NCBI GenBank assembly: GCA_964230645.1
Contig: CAXRHT010000001.1
Location: forward strand, 896,001-960,000
Length of the DNA stretch: 64,000 nucleotides
Source of the DNA: Bdellovibrionales bacterium
GTDB taxonomy: Bacteria > Bdellovibrionota > Bdellovibrionia > Bdellovibrionales > JAGQZY01
Reading direction: 5' to 3'
This document shows, piece by piece, positions 47,070 through 56,583 of this stretch (positions are counted from its first letter, which is position 1; the number at the start of each line of letters is the position of its first letter). The notes beneath the pieces are model-generated. The model did not search any database. It was not told the origin of the DNA and worked only from the letters and a program-made list of their open reading frames with translations. A program made the position numbers and the translations under genes.

Positions 47070-49748
47070 CTACTGAGGCGCAGTTCCGGTGTTGTAGCCA
47101 CAACCATTATACGGATAATTAGCTGTGTTTATTTCAACATAGGGTCTCTCATCGATATAAACCTTGCCATCAATACATCGGACCTTATAACCGTAATCCT
47201 GATCAAAACAACTTGTACCCTGATCTGAATAGACACGGGGTTGTTTGAAAATGTAAAAAGTGGCTTGATGCCTTTGCTCTCTGCCGTTGACGGTACAGCC
47301 CACGGTTTCCTCTTTACACGTCGAGTATTTGTAAACGTTCAAATCTACAGGCAGACCATCTTTTGTTATGACTCCATCAGTGCAAACGGCTTCTACTGCG
47401 TTTTCTTCAGCGAAGCAAAGGTTGCTATCAAGATTGAAGGGCACAGACTGGCGCTTGAACAGACGGCTAGATCCAATGTGGGTGCGTATAACTGTGTTGC
47501 CGTCAGGGCGTTTTTCTTCGATTTTAATACGCTCATTTATGGTCGAACCGTGGGAAAAAGTCTGCCCATCGAAGGTACAAGCCTTCGCATCGATTTTACA
47601 AGTATTGTAGGGATAGAGGCTGGGATTAAAGTCGACTAACTTTGGATCTCCTTCATCGTCGAGCCCATCGAAATATTTTAGACTTCCATCTAAACACATA
47701 GCTCGCACGCGATTGCCATCCTGACTACAACCTAAGTCGTTTCCTGGCACGTAAGGTATCAATTGACTTTTATAGCGATAAAAAACCCGTTGATGGGGGA
47801 CCTCAACGCCTTCAAGCATGCAGGACTTTGCCTCTACCTCACAGGATTCATGAGGGTAAAGGTTTGTGTTTACGGGATCATAGACAGTTTTACCATCCAC
47901 CTGCCTTCCTTTACGGTTTGATATCTGACCATCAATACACCGAATTTCAACATGGTTACCATTGGACTCACAGGAAATGTCCCTACCAAATCTATCAAAA
48001 TCAGTGGATGGTACTTTATCAAGTTTGAATAAATCCCCTAGACTTCTACCATGGTCAACCGTTTCTCCCTTATAGGTGCAATCTTCAGTAATGACTTGGC
48101 AACTATTATGAGGATAGGCGCTTAAATCAATAGGGTCTGTACCGCCCCATGCTGTCATATCACCATTCCAGCAACGTGCGTTCATTGCGTTATCAAAACC
48201 AGAAACCGAACAACTCCATGACAAGGAGTAATCGACCTTGTCACGCTTATAAAATGTCGTTCGATCACCTGTCTTATAGGTTTTCCCTCTAAAATTACAG
48301 TCTCTCCCGACTACTTCACAAGTTTTATGAGTGTGACCAGGAAGGTTCACTTCGTCAAAACCAAGAAGCTCTCCTTTTTTAAGACGGTCGGTATCATCAA
48401 AAATCGCACCGTCACGGCAGATCACTCTTTTGAAGTTAGCACCACCACACCCTTCAGGGGTGTTATCAAGATTGATCAAATCTTTTCCATAATAGTAAAC
48501 AGAACGCCCTCCCTTAAGGACTTCTCCATTAACCCTACAATCTTTTTGAGGTTCGGGCTTGGTTTCGCAAATTCCGAAGGCTTGTAGAGGCTTATCAAAA
48601 GCGCCATTTTCACAGCGACTAATAACTGCGCCTTCTTCACAGGCTCCTGCAGTAGACTCACTTTCAACGAGGAAACTTTTTACGCTCTCACCGTGAGGAA
48701 CGACCTTCTCAAAAGCTGTGCAGGATTTAGGTTGATTCGGCTCACAAGTTTTCAAGTTAAAGGATGTATCTCCATCTAGAACTCCGTTATTACATTGGCG
48801 TTGGGCTTTCTCGCAGGGCGCCCCTTCCACTCTCTTAAAGGCTGTTACAACCTCTTCATGGGCAATGACTTCACCTGCAAATTGACAACTTTTTTCATCG
48901 TCACTTCCCTCGCAACTAGGAAAGCTATAACTTCCTGTCAGGTTTCCATTTTCGCAGACTCTTTCTTCATCGGCACATCTTCTTGTGTTTTCGTCATATA
49001 CTGTGAAGGCTTTTACAACCTCGGCTTCAAGAAGCGTTTGACCATTAAACTGACAAGTCTTGATTTTATCGCTACAGCTTGCATCTTGGTAGGTCCCAGA
49101 GAGCTGACCGTCTTGACAGACACGGAACTCTTCCAAGCAAGCTCCTTCATCTGACCTTTTAAACGCTTTAATGAAATTACTATCGGCCACTGTGATTCCG
49201 TTGAAAAGACAAGCCTTTTTGACGTCTTTCTCGCAACTGGAGTATCTATAAGTTCCAGTCATGACTCCATTCCGACATCTTCGGTACTGTTTTTGGCACT
49301 CTTGCTCACCTGTCACTGAAGACTGCAGAAAAGCTTCAACACTTTTTCCACTCTCAACGACTTGACCATTAAAAATACAGTTTTGGGTTTCTGTGGCGAC
49401 TTGGGTATCTGTATTACAGAGAGAATAGAGAAAGCTACCATCAAATTCATTTTCCCTACAGGTCCTCATTTGACTTTTACATTGGGCACCAAAGGGACTC
49501 TGAAAAGACTGAACGGCTTCTCCTTCAGGAACGGCAACTCCGTTAAAAAAACAGGTTTTACTGGCTTTCTTTATGATACTGCTACAATCAGCGATCTCAC
49601 AATCAACCCCTTCAAGGTTGACGTCATCACCACCACTTTGAGTGGAAGAGGCTAAATTTTGCTGTTGATGTGCGATCATTTGACCACAGTTCTGAAAGGC
49701 AAAAAATACGAAGATCCCACTAAGGGTAAATCCCAAAATTCGAGCCAT
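47070..49748 (-). CDS. FQNC lipoprotein with 12 tandem four-cysteine repeats
   Basis: GGGGGA RBS before ATG 49748; AFQNCG; repeats C.F.G..V..G..V.AF..C..R.C..G..Y..C. Confidence 0.8.
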   Translation of the reverse strand: MARILGFTLSGIFVFFAFQNCGQMIAHQQQNLASSTQSGGDDVNLEGVDCEIADCSSIIKKASKTCFFNGVAVPEGEAVQSFQSPFGAQCKSQMRTCRENEFDGSFLYSLCNTDTQVATETQNCIFNGQVVESGKSVEAFLQSSVTGEQECQKQYRRCRNGVMTGTYRYSSCEKDVKKACLFNGITVADSNFIKAFKRSDEGACLEEFRVCQDGQLSGTYQDASCSDKIKTCQFNGQTLLEAEVVKAFTVYDENTRRCADEERVCENGNLTGSYSFPSCEGSDDEKSCQFAGEVIAHEEVVTAFKRVEGAPCEKAQRQCNNGVLDGDTSFNLKTCEPNQPKSCTAFEKVVPHGESVKSFLVESESTAGACEEGAVISRCENGAFDKPLQAFGICETKPEPQKDCRVNGEVLKGGRSVYYYGKDLINLDNTPEGCGGANFKRVICRDGAIFDDTDRLKKGELLGFDEVNLPGHTHKTCEVVGRDCNFRGKTYKTGDRTTFYKRDKVDYSLSWSCSVSGFDNAMNARCWNGDMTAWGGTDPIDLSAYPHNSCQVITEDCTYKGETVDHGRSLGDLFKLDKVPSTDFDRFGRDISCESNGNHVEIRCIDGQISNRKGRQVDGKTVYDPVNTNLYPHESCEVEAKSCMLEGVEVPHQRVFYRYKSQLIPYVPGNDLGCSQDGNRVRAMCLDGSLKYFDGLDDEGDPKLVDFNPSLYPYNTCKIDAKACTFDGQTFSHGSTINERIKIEEKRPDGNTVIRTHIGSSRLFKRQSVPFNLDSNLCFAEENAVEAVCTDGVITKDGLPVDLNVYKYSTCKEETVGCTVNGREQRHQATFYIFKQPRVYSDQGTSCFDQDYGYKVRCIDGKVYIDERPYVEINTANYPYNGCGYNTGTAPQ

Positions 49749-49839
49749 TAAGTCCCCCACTCGACCTTTATTCAAACACACTATAGTTGCTTAATTCTAC
49801 TATATATCGGTACTTCTCACCATTTTAATAAAAGAAATC

Positions 49840-49884
49840 TCTCGGTGTGAAACTAGTTACTGGGTGAGATGTTTCACACCGAGA
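49840..49884. repeat. Perfect 14-bp inverted repeat (terminator and/or operator)
   Basis: TCTCGGTGTGAAAC-N17-GTTTCACACCGAGA; T-rich tail on the minus strand. Confidence 0.65.
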
Positions 49885-49920
49885 TCACAGAGAAGTCCCA
49901 GATTAAAACAACAGGAATTT

Positions 49921-50676
49921 CTACTGGTGGAAACACTGGGTGAAATAGTAGCGATTATTGCCAAAAGACACACCCACTCCAGTTTTTGAGTATCTGGGGT
50001 TTAGGATGTTGTTGCGGTGGCCTGTTGAGCCCATCCAGGTTTGTACTGCGAGCGAAGCCGAAGGTCTTGAGGCCATAAAGATGTTTTCGGCTTTAGCTCC
50101 TGGAAGACCGAAGAGCTGGGCTCTTTTTGAAAAACTGCCGTAAGTGGGACTGGTGTGAGAGAAGAAGTTGTCCATGGCCATATCAAGGCTATGGGCCTCG
50201 GCTAAGTCGCGACAAGCTTTGGATTCTTTTAAGTCAGACAAGCCCCTTTTGCTACGCTCGCTATTTATAAGTTCAATCACTTCGCAAGCCACGACCCTTT
50301 CAGGACTTGAGCAATCATCAACGGCATTATTGGCAGAGTCATCCTCATTGACCGGGTCAGTTTCTTCTTCGGGCTCCTCAGGAGTTTCTGGATTTTCCGG
50401 AGGCATGGGGTGATCGTTATCATTATCAGTAGGTGTGTCTGAATTATCGCTATTATTGCTCTGATCTGAGCTTTCTTCATCCTCTGGGCTACTTGATTCT
50501 TCAGAGGTGCTTCCATTCTCTTCTGGTGATGAGTTTTGGTCTGTGTGTTCTTCGCTTTGGCTTGTACTAGTAGCTTGAGTCTGGGGTGAACTGGAAGACA
50601 TTTGGTCGCCACAAGAGGCAAGAAATAAGAAGCTCCCTAAAGTGATAATATAACTAATTTTGTTCCAAAAACTCAT
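49921..50676 (-). CDS. CAP (SCP/YkwD-like) domain lipoprotein with long acidic linker
   Basis: LASC lipobox; LINSERSKRGL, AHSLDM..FFSH, AENI, WMGSTGHRNNIL. Confidence 0.9.
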   Translation of the reverse strand: MSFWNKISYIITLGSFLFLASCGDQMSSSSPQTQATSTSQSEEHTDQNSSPEENGSTSEESSSPEDEESSDQSNNSDNSDTPTDNDNDHPMPPENPETPEEPEEETDPVNEDDSANNAVDDCSSPERVVACEVIELINSERSKRGLSDLKESKACRDLAEAHSLDMAMDNFFSHTSPTYGSFSKRAQLFGLPGAKAENIFMASRPSASLAVQTWMGSTGHRNNILNPRYSKTGVGVSFGNNRYYFTQCFHQ

Positions 50677-50823
50677 AGACTCCCCACCATCAACTATAGA
50701 ATAGAACATGCCGAGGAAAACAGGAAAAAGAGTCTCAATTTAAGAATTAAAAATAGACTTTTAGATACCAGCTTAAAAAAATCGGTCTTTTTGCTGGCCA
50801 CTCTGTCTTTATTGTAGTCACCT

Positions 50824-51513
50824 TTATTTCTCACAGCGAACGACGTATTGGTATTTCAGGGTCTCTTCCATCTGGTCACACTTGAAATTCGCAGAACTTA
50901 GCTCTTTGATCACCTGTGAGGCTTTCATGCGATGAGAATCTCTTGGACCAGGACCTCCAACACCTTTTTCTGGGTCGACCACATAAACTGAGGCGTTTGA
51001 AGGAAGGGTCTCGTACATTTTTTTTGAGTATTCTTTACGGCTAGGAACATGATGCCAGGTGTTTAAAAAAACAACCTTTGATACGTCCTTTAAAGCTTCT
51101 CCAGGGGAATTCTCTGGAATAAGTTTTGCGGTGGTATTTTGCAGTGATTCTTTTTCGATACGATTTTTCATAAAATCAATTAAATTTGCATCCACATCAA
51201 GAGCGTAAACTTTTCCTTTACTTCCAACAGCCTTGCTTAGATGAGAAAGAAGATAGCCGGTTCCAGCTCCGATATCAGCGACCCTGTCGCCGGTTTCAAT
51301 CTCCATAATCTGAATGATAGTTTTAGGCTTTTGCCAATTATCGCGTTTGGGGTTGTCAAACTTTTTGGACCACTTCTCAGCATCTGAGAAATCATGATTT
51401 ACCGCTTCACCCCGCGGGTGTTGATGGTTTTTATTGTTGTCTGGGTATTGGCAGCCAGATAAGCATACGAGCATACAAAGTTTAAGTAGAAGAATTAAAG
51501 TATTATGTTTCAA
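50824..51513 (-). CDS. Class I SAM-dependent methyltransferase with lipoprotein-like leader
   Basis: RDNWQKP, VADIGAGTGY, VYALDV, WHHV; LSGC lipobox. Confidence 0.85.
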   Translation of the reverse strand: MKHNTLILLLKLCMLVCLSGCQYPDNNKNHQHPRGEAVNHDFSDAEKWSKKFDNPKRDNWQKPKTIIQIMEIETGDRVADIGAGTGYLLSHLSKAVGSKGKVYALDVDANLIDFMKNRIEKESLQNTTAKLIPENSPGEALKDVSKVVFLNTWHHVPSRKEYSKKMYETLPSNASVYVVDPEKGVGGPGPRDSHRMKASQVIKELSSANFKCDQMEETLKYQYVVRCEK

Positions 51514-51695
51514 TTTTTACCTCTTATTTATTCGACATTTCGAATCCACCAAGTATCTTAACCCCTAAAGTTAATTTTAACAGAATTAACTTTATTTTAC
51601 ATATTGCTTCTTTTTGAAATCCGGCTATTGCCCCCTAAACAGAATTGCCATCGGTCGGAAATAGTTTAAAATCAACTGTTAAAAGGATTTTATTT

Positions 51696-53273
51696 ATGAT
51701 TAAAAAATTAGTCGCCTTCCCTTTACTTTTGACAGTGCTGGTATCTTGCACGGGAGCGAAAAATGAAGATTTTAGAATTCAGATAGATGGTAAAGAAAAA
51801 ATACTTCCTCGTGAGGAAACTTTAGTTATTAACAATGGGTTTTTCTTTCCAAGCTTTGACTGGAACCGCACAAGCCTTTTGAGAAGCCTGCTTCCTATTC
51901 ACAATGTCATGGAAGGGCTAATTTCCTATGACTTTTCAGATAAAAAAAACGCTATCCGTCCTGCACTGGCCCAATCTTGGAAGCAACTTGAAAACGGCAA
52001 AGTTTGGGAATTTCAACTTAGAAAAAATTTGAAATGGTCTGATGGTAAAAATGTCTCCGCTCAGCATTTTCTGGATCACATACTCTATCAGCTTGAACCG
52101 GAAAATGGTTTTCGCGGAGTTGAAATATTATTTAAGATAAAAAATGCTGAGTCTTTCTATAAAGGAGAGGTGAAGAAGGAACAGCTGGGAATTAAAGTAG
52201 TAGATAAGAATACTCTTCGTTACACTCTTGAAAAGCCCTTTTTCCAATTTCCAAGCTACATGGTCCTAACAGCTTTTTTACCTATTAGACTCGACTATAT
52301 AGAAAAACACCAAGAGGACTGGGGTAATCGCGTTGATATCCCAGTCACTGGACCATTCAAGCCTCTACATATTGCAAACTCAGGCGAAGTTTTTTTAGAG
52401 AGGAATGAGAAATTCTATGGTGAATCACCTCAATTCAAATACATGAAAATTATGCCAATAGAGGACCAGGGAACGGCAGCAAGATTATTTTCAAAAAATA
52501 AGATCGATATCAATTTCGAAATCCCTCCACACCTAGTAAAGAAAAAACATGCCTCGATCCAATCAAGACCCACACTCGCTGTTTTGGTTCTGGCTTTCAA
52601 TATGCAAAAACCAAGTTTTCAAAATTTTGGCATTCGCAACACTCTGGCTAAAGGAACCCGACGATCCAATTTAGTGAGTGCGCTTGGCTCCGAATTTATT
52701 GCGTATAGATCACTTTATCCTGAGATAGCTCCAGGAAGTGAACAGATTCCAAAAATTAAAGAAACCCTCGTACCCAAAGATTTAGAGAGTCTAAAAAGGT
52801 TGAATAAGGAAAACCTCAAAATTACGACCTGGAAAATTCCAATCTGCGAAACCGCTGCTGAGACCATTCAACATCAATGGGAGAAGGACCTTGGATTTCG
52901 TGTTGAAATAGATATCACCCCACACAAAATTATGCTTAGTAAATTAAAAAAATTAGATTTCGACATGGCCGTTCTTCCTTTTACATCCATAGTGGAAGAC
53001 CCCGGCTTTATAATGGAGTATATAGAATTTGCCACCTATGGAGCCGATCCTCCCGAAAAAGTTCTAGATGCAATCTCTTCTGCGAATGCGACTGAGAACT
53101 TCGACGAAAGGATGAAGAAGTTTGTTGTGGCAGAAAAACAATTCCAAAAAGAGCTACCTTCTATTCCACTTCTCATGATTAAAAAAAGTGTTCAGGTTCA
53201 GGAGTCCGTAAAAAATTATCATATGGGCAACTTTGGGTACTTTCCAATGAAAGACGTGCGTTTGGAAAGATAA
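51696..53273 (+). CDS. Peptide ABC transporter substrate-binding protein (family 5, OppA-like)
   Basis: LVSC lipobox; EGL..PALAQSW..WEFQLRKNLKWSDG; TGPF. Confidence 0.88.
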   Translation: MIKKLVAFPLLLTVLVSCTGAKNEDFRIQIDGKEKILPREETLVINNGFFFPSFDWNRTSLLRSLLPIHNVMEGLISYDFSDKKNAIRPALAQSWKQLENGKVWEFQLRKNLKWSDGKNVSAQHFLDHILYQLEPENGFRGVEILFKIKNAESFYKGEVKKEQLGIKVVDKNTLRYTLEKPFFQFPSYMVLTAFLPIRLDYIEKHQEDWGNRVDIPVTGPFKPLHIANSGEVFLERNEKFYGESPQFKYMKIMPIEDQGTAARLFSKNKIDINFEIPPHLVKKKHASIQSRPTLAVLVLAFNMQKPSFQNFGIRNTLAKGTRRSNLVSALGSEFIAYRSLYPEIAPGSEQIPKIKETLVPKDLESLKRLNKENLKITTWKIPICETAAETIQHQWEKDLGFRVEIDITPHKIMLSKLKKLDFDMAVLPFTSIVEDPGFIMEYIEFATYGADPPEKVLDAISSANATENFDERMKKFVVAEKQFQKELPSIPLLMIKKSVQVQESVKNYHMGNFGYFPMKDVRLER

Positions 53274-53275
53274 AT

Positions 53276-53305
53276 AAAAAAGGAGGACAATATGCCCTCC
53301 TCTTT
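53276..53305. terminator. Bidirectional terminator
   Basis: A-run, AGGAGG..CCTCCT stem, CTTT; between convergent genes. Confidence 0.55.
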
Positions 53306-53324
53306 AAAATTACTGGCGTTTCGT

Positions 53325-53654
53325 TTAGTGCAGTTTGGCGTGTTTGAAGGCGCTTACGCGGTCGTGGGCGGTTTTGATTTGGCTTGTGAGATCTTTGTCG
53401 AGATCCTTGGAATTCTCTGCAAAGAGCTTAGCGCTATCGGCGGCTTGTTCTACCTCTATTAAAGCCTCTTTGGCGTCATCAGTTGAGCCGTTTTCGATGA
53501 TATCGCGTAGTTCACGGGCTTTCTTGGCAAATTCGTTCATGACCGCTTCAAGCTCTGGTGTTTTTTTGTCAGATTTTTGCGCCATTTCTTCGGTGTCACA
53601 AACATAATCGCAAATTGGTTTATATTCTGATTTATACATTTCACTGAGTTGCAT
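53325..53654 (-). CDS. Small helical hypothetical protein
   Basis: AAGGA RBS; 109-aa amphipathic helical ORF. Confidence 0.65.
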   Translation of the reverse strand: MQLSEMYKSEYKPICDYVCDTEEMAQKSDKKTPELEAVMNEFAKKARELRDIIENGSTDDAKEALIEVEQAADSAKLFAENSKDLDKDLTSQIKTAHDRVSAFKHAKLH

Positions 53655-53787
53655 TAGAAATCCTTTCGTTAAATTTACACTTTGAAGGTAACAGAAACTT
53701 CAAGAGAATTGATTGAGGGGATATTTCAGAAATTTGTAGTTTTTTAAAGATTTGGCGTTTGCCTCGACGCTTGTCTAACTTTGACGC

Positions 53788-54576
53788 TCAAGAGCCTAAC
53801 AGTTGTTGTAAGAGAATAGAGCTTCCCGCAATGAGTACGAAAAAACCAAAAGCTTTCTTTAAACTTCTCTCTGACACTCGGCCCGCAAATTGAATTCCGA
53901 AAAATAATCCAAAAAGTGCTACCAGAGCGGACACGAGAAGTAAAAACCAATTGATTTCATAGGAGCGACTAAGAACATCTGTTCCAAAACCAAATAAAGA
54001 GTTAATAGTTATAACAAAGAGTGAGGTCGCAACTGCGGCCTTCATCCCCAGGCCGCCGATTAAAGCCAGAGAGGGTACGATGAGAAAGCCACCACCAGCG
54101 CCCACAAAACCTGTGATCACACTAACGACAAAACCTAGGAAAGCTAGAAACGAAAGATTCGGAGAGCCTTGGCTTTTTTTATCCTTTCTTCCACGAATCA
54201 TTGAAATAGAGGCAATAAGCATTAAGAGGGCAAAAACAATCATGATTAGAATGTCTTTTGTTAGAATAAAGGACGAGATCTGGAGAATCTCCTCTGGAAG
54301 GCTAGGAACAATGATCGCTCTGGAGAGCCAAATGCCCACAAGGCCTGGAAGAGCAAAGGCTAAGCCCCTTTTTACGTTAATCTCTCCTTTTTGAAAATAC
54401 TTAAAAACACCCACCAAGGAAACTATACCAACGATAAAAAGCGAATATCCCGTAGCTTGAGCTGGCGGTATGTTAAACAAGTAGACAAGGATGGGGACTG
54501 TAAGAATAGATCCACCACCTCCCATTAATCCTAGTGAGAGGCCCACAAAAAGCATGGCAACATAGCCTAAAATCAT
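53788..54576 (-). CDS. Sulfite exporter TauE/SafE family permease
   Basis: GLMGGGGSILTVPILVY and GFVGAGGGFLIVP repeats; AVATSL. Confidence 0.9.
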   Translation of the reverse strand: MILGYVAMLFVGLSLGLMGGGGSILTVPILVYLFNIPPAQATGYSLFIVGIVSLVGVFKYFQKGEINVKRGLAFALPGLVGIWLSRAIIVPSLPEEILQISSFILTKDILIMIVFALLMLIASISMIRGRKDKKSQGSPNLSFLAFLGFVVSVITGFVGAGGGFLIVPSLALIGGLGMKAAVATSLFVITINSLFGFGTDVLSRSYEINWFLLLVSALVALFGLFFGIQFAGRVSERSLKKAFGFFVLIAGSSILLQQLLGS

Positions 54577-54998
54577 CCATCCACCTTGTCAGACGAAAAG
54601 GTTTTACGATAGATAAACATACCGATCACCATTGAAACTACGAAGTTTACACTGGCCATATTCCCAGAGAATAAACTCACCACCCCGGGGCCTGGACAGA
54701 AACCAGAAAGACCCCACCCTATTCCAAAAAGCAGAGAGCCAGTCACAAGACTTTTTGTAATTTGGCTTTTTTTCGGGATCGAATAACTGCCCTTCAGTGC
54801 TGGTCCTTTTTCTGGCTTGAGGGTTAAGTAAGCCACAGAGTGTACGGCAATGGCTCCTACCATTACGAAGGCAAGAGCCGGATCCCAGTTTCCAAATAGA
54901 TCTAAAAATCCAACGATTTTCTGAGGCTGGGTCATTCCCGAAATTCCAAGTCCAAGAGCAAAAATAATTCCTGACAAAAAAGAGACAATAAGACTCAC
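54573..54998 (-). CDS. YeeE/YedE-family sulfur transport membrane protein
   Basis: SGMTQP.KIVGFLD..WDP.L, FGIGWGLSGFCPGP. Confidence 0.88.
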   Translation of the reverse strand: MSLIVSFLSGIIFALGLGISGMTQPQKIVGFLDLFGNWDPALAFVMVGAIAVHSVAYLTLKPEKGPALKGSYSIPKKSQITKSLVTGSLLFGIGWGLSGFCPGPGVVSLFSGNMASVNFVVSMVIGMFIYRKTFSSDKVDG

Positions 54999-55432
54999 TG
55001 TACTCCTCCTACATTAAAAAAATGAAAGGTCACAGCCACAGTGAGAAACCCAGCTGCCATAAAACTAAGGGTGGCTATGATTGATCTTAGGGAAAGGCGA
55101 CTCATTCCACAGACTCCATGACCACTGGTACAGCCACTGCCAAGTCTTGTGCCGAAACCAACAAGCAGTCCTCCTAAGGAAACCAACCAAAACTTTTGTT
55201 CAAAAGTGTTCACTAAGGAATCTGGATAGAATAAAACAAGACCCAAGCCTCCAAGGATAAGTCCTGCTAAAAAGACAATCTGCCATTGGTTCTCTTCTAA
55301 TCTAAAACCAAAGAAGCTACTCTCAACAATTCCACTGATTCCGGCGATTTTTCCGTTAAGTCGCAACATCATCGTGGCCGATAGACCAATTAATGCTCCA
55401 CCTATTAAAGCGTTTACAATATCGGCGTTCAT
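54995..55432 (-). CDS. YeeE/YedE-family sulfur transport membrane protein
   Basis: GKIAGISG, GFGTRLGSGCTSGHGVCG..RLS.RS. Confidence 0.9.
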   Translation of the reverse strand: MNADIVNALIGGALIGLSATMMLRLNGKIAGISGIVESSFFGFRLEENQWQIVFLAGLILGGLGLVLFYPDSLVNTFEQKFWLVSLGGLLVGFGTRLGSGCTSGHGVCGMSRLSLRSIIATLSFMAAGFLTVAVTFHFFNVGGVQ

Positions 55433-56475
55433 TTCTTCACCGGTTGTTTGAGTTCATTCCAACGCATCATTCCTCCTTCAAGGCTCATGGGGTGCTGAAA
55501 ACCTAGCTCTAAAGCTTGAGTTGTCGCTTTAGCTGAACGCTTTCCACCTTTGCACACAAAGACCGTTCTCTTTTCTTTGTCAAAATTCTTTAGTCTTTCT
55601 TTAAAGTCATCGTCAAGCTCGACTAAAACGGACTCTTTGATATGACCGAGCTCTCCACAGTACTCCCTAGGAGAGCGTACATCAATAACATTGACGTTTC
55701 CTAAATGAACTTGCAATAGCTGCTCGATACTAATTTCAGGCACTCCTGATTCAGCCTCATTAGGCTCAAGTTCTGAGGCTTCTTTTAGACCACATATTTT
55801 ATTCCCGGGAACGGCCTTATCGATCTGTTTTGGATGGGGTAAATTAAGGTTATTCATAATTTCTGTAAACTCTTCTTCGGATTTTTCTAAGTTCAATCGA
55901 GGGTTGTGTTTTTTCTCCATCTCAATTGTACTGTGAGTGTGCCCGTTGTAATCATGAGCCGGGTAAACCAAGGTTTCATCAGGCAATTTAAAGAGTTTAT
56001 TTCTAACGCTATTAAAAAGTTTAAGGGGACTTCCTTGTTGAAAGTCAGTGCGTCCGCAGCCCCGGATCAGTAGAGCGTCGCCGGTAAAGACGCGGTCTTG
56101 CAAATGATAGCTAGTGCATGCGTCGGTATGGCCTGGTGTCGAAAGCGCTTTTATTGTTTGGGAGCCAAACTGAAGTTCCTCACCGTCGGCTAAGAGAATA
56201 TCGGCACAATCAAGATCCGCCGCTTTACCGACAACATACTTTGCATTCAGCTTGGAGCGAAGAAAACCAGACCCTGTTATATGATCGGCATGAACGTGTG
56301 TTTCCATGGCATATTTTAAACTCACACCCAACTCACTAATAAGCTTTAAATCACGTTCGACGGTGTCGATTACAGAGTCGATTATGACAGCCTCTCTGGA
56401 GTCCTTGTCCACTAACAAATAGGTGTAAGTGGAGCTCTTAGGTTCAAAAAGTTGATAAAATTCTACGTCTTTCAT
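55429..56475 (-). CDS. Persulfide dioxygenase (ETHE1-like)-rhodanese fusion
   Basis: ETHVHADHITG, TPGHT, TGDALLIRGCGRTDFQ, YPAHDY; rhodanese VCKGGKRS. Confidence 0.9.
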   Translation of the reverse strand: MKDVEFYQLFEPKSSTYTYLLVDKDSREAVIIDSVIDTVERDLKLISELGVSLKYAMETHVHADHITGSGFLRSKLNAKYVVGKAADLDCADILLADGEELQFGSQTIKALSTPGHTDACTSYHLQDRVFTGDALLIRGCGRTDFQQGSPLKLFNSVRNKLFKLPDETLVYPAHDYNGHTHSTIEMEKKHNPRLNLEKSEEEFTEIMNNLNLPHPKQIDKAVPGNKICGLKEASELEPNEAESGVPEISIEQLLQVHLGNVNVIDVRSPREYCGELGHIKESVLVELDDDFKERLKNFDKEKRTVFVCKGGKRSAKATTQALELGFQHPMSLEGGMMRWNELKQPVKK

Positions 56476-56583
56476 TGAGATCCTCCCGAATGATAGATCT
56501 ACTATAATAGAAAGAGAGATTTAAGAATATAAGCCAGCTTATATTGTGTAGAAAATTAAAATCATTTTGAAACAGTTGAGCCT

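Noticed and set aside
50330..50600. Low-complexity S/E/D/N/P-coding stretch
   Set aside because: Ordinary disordered linker of the CAP lipoprotein, not a DNA repeat
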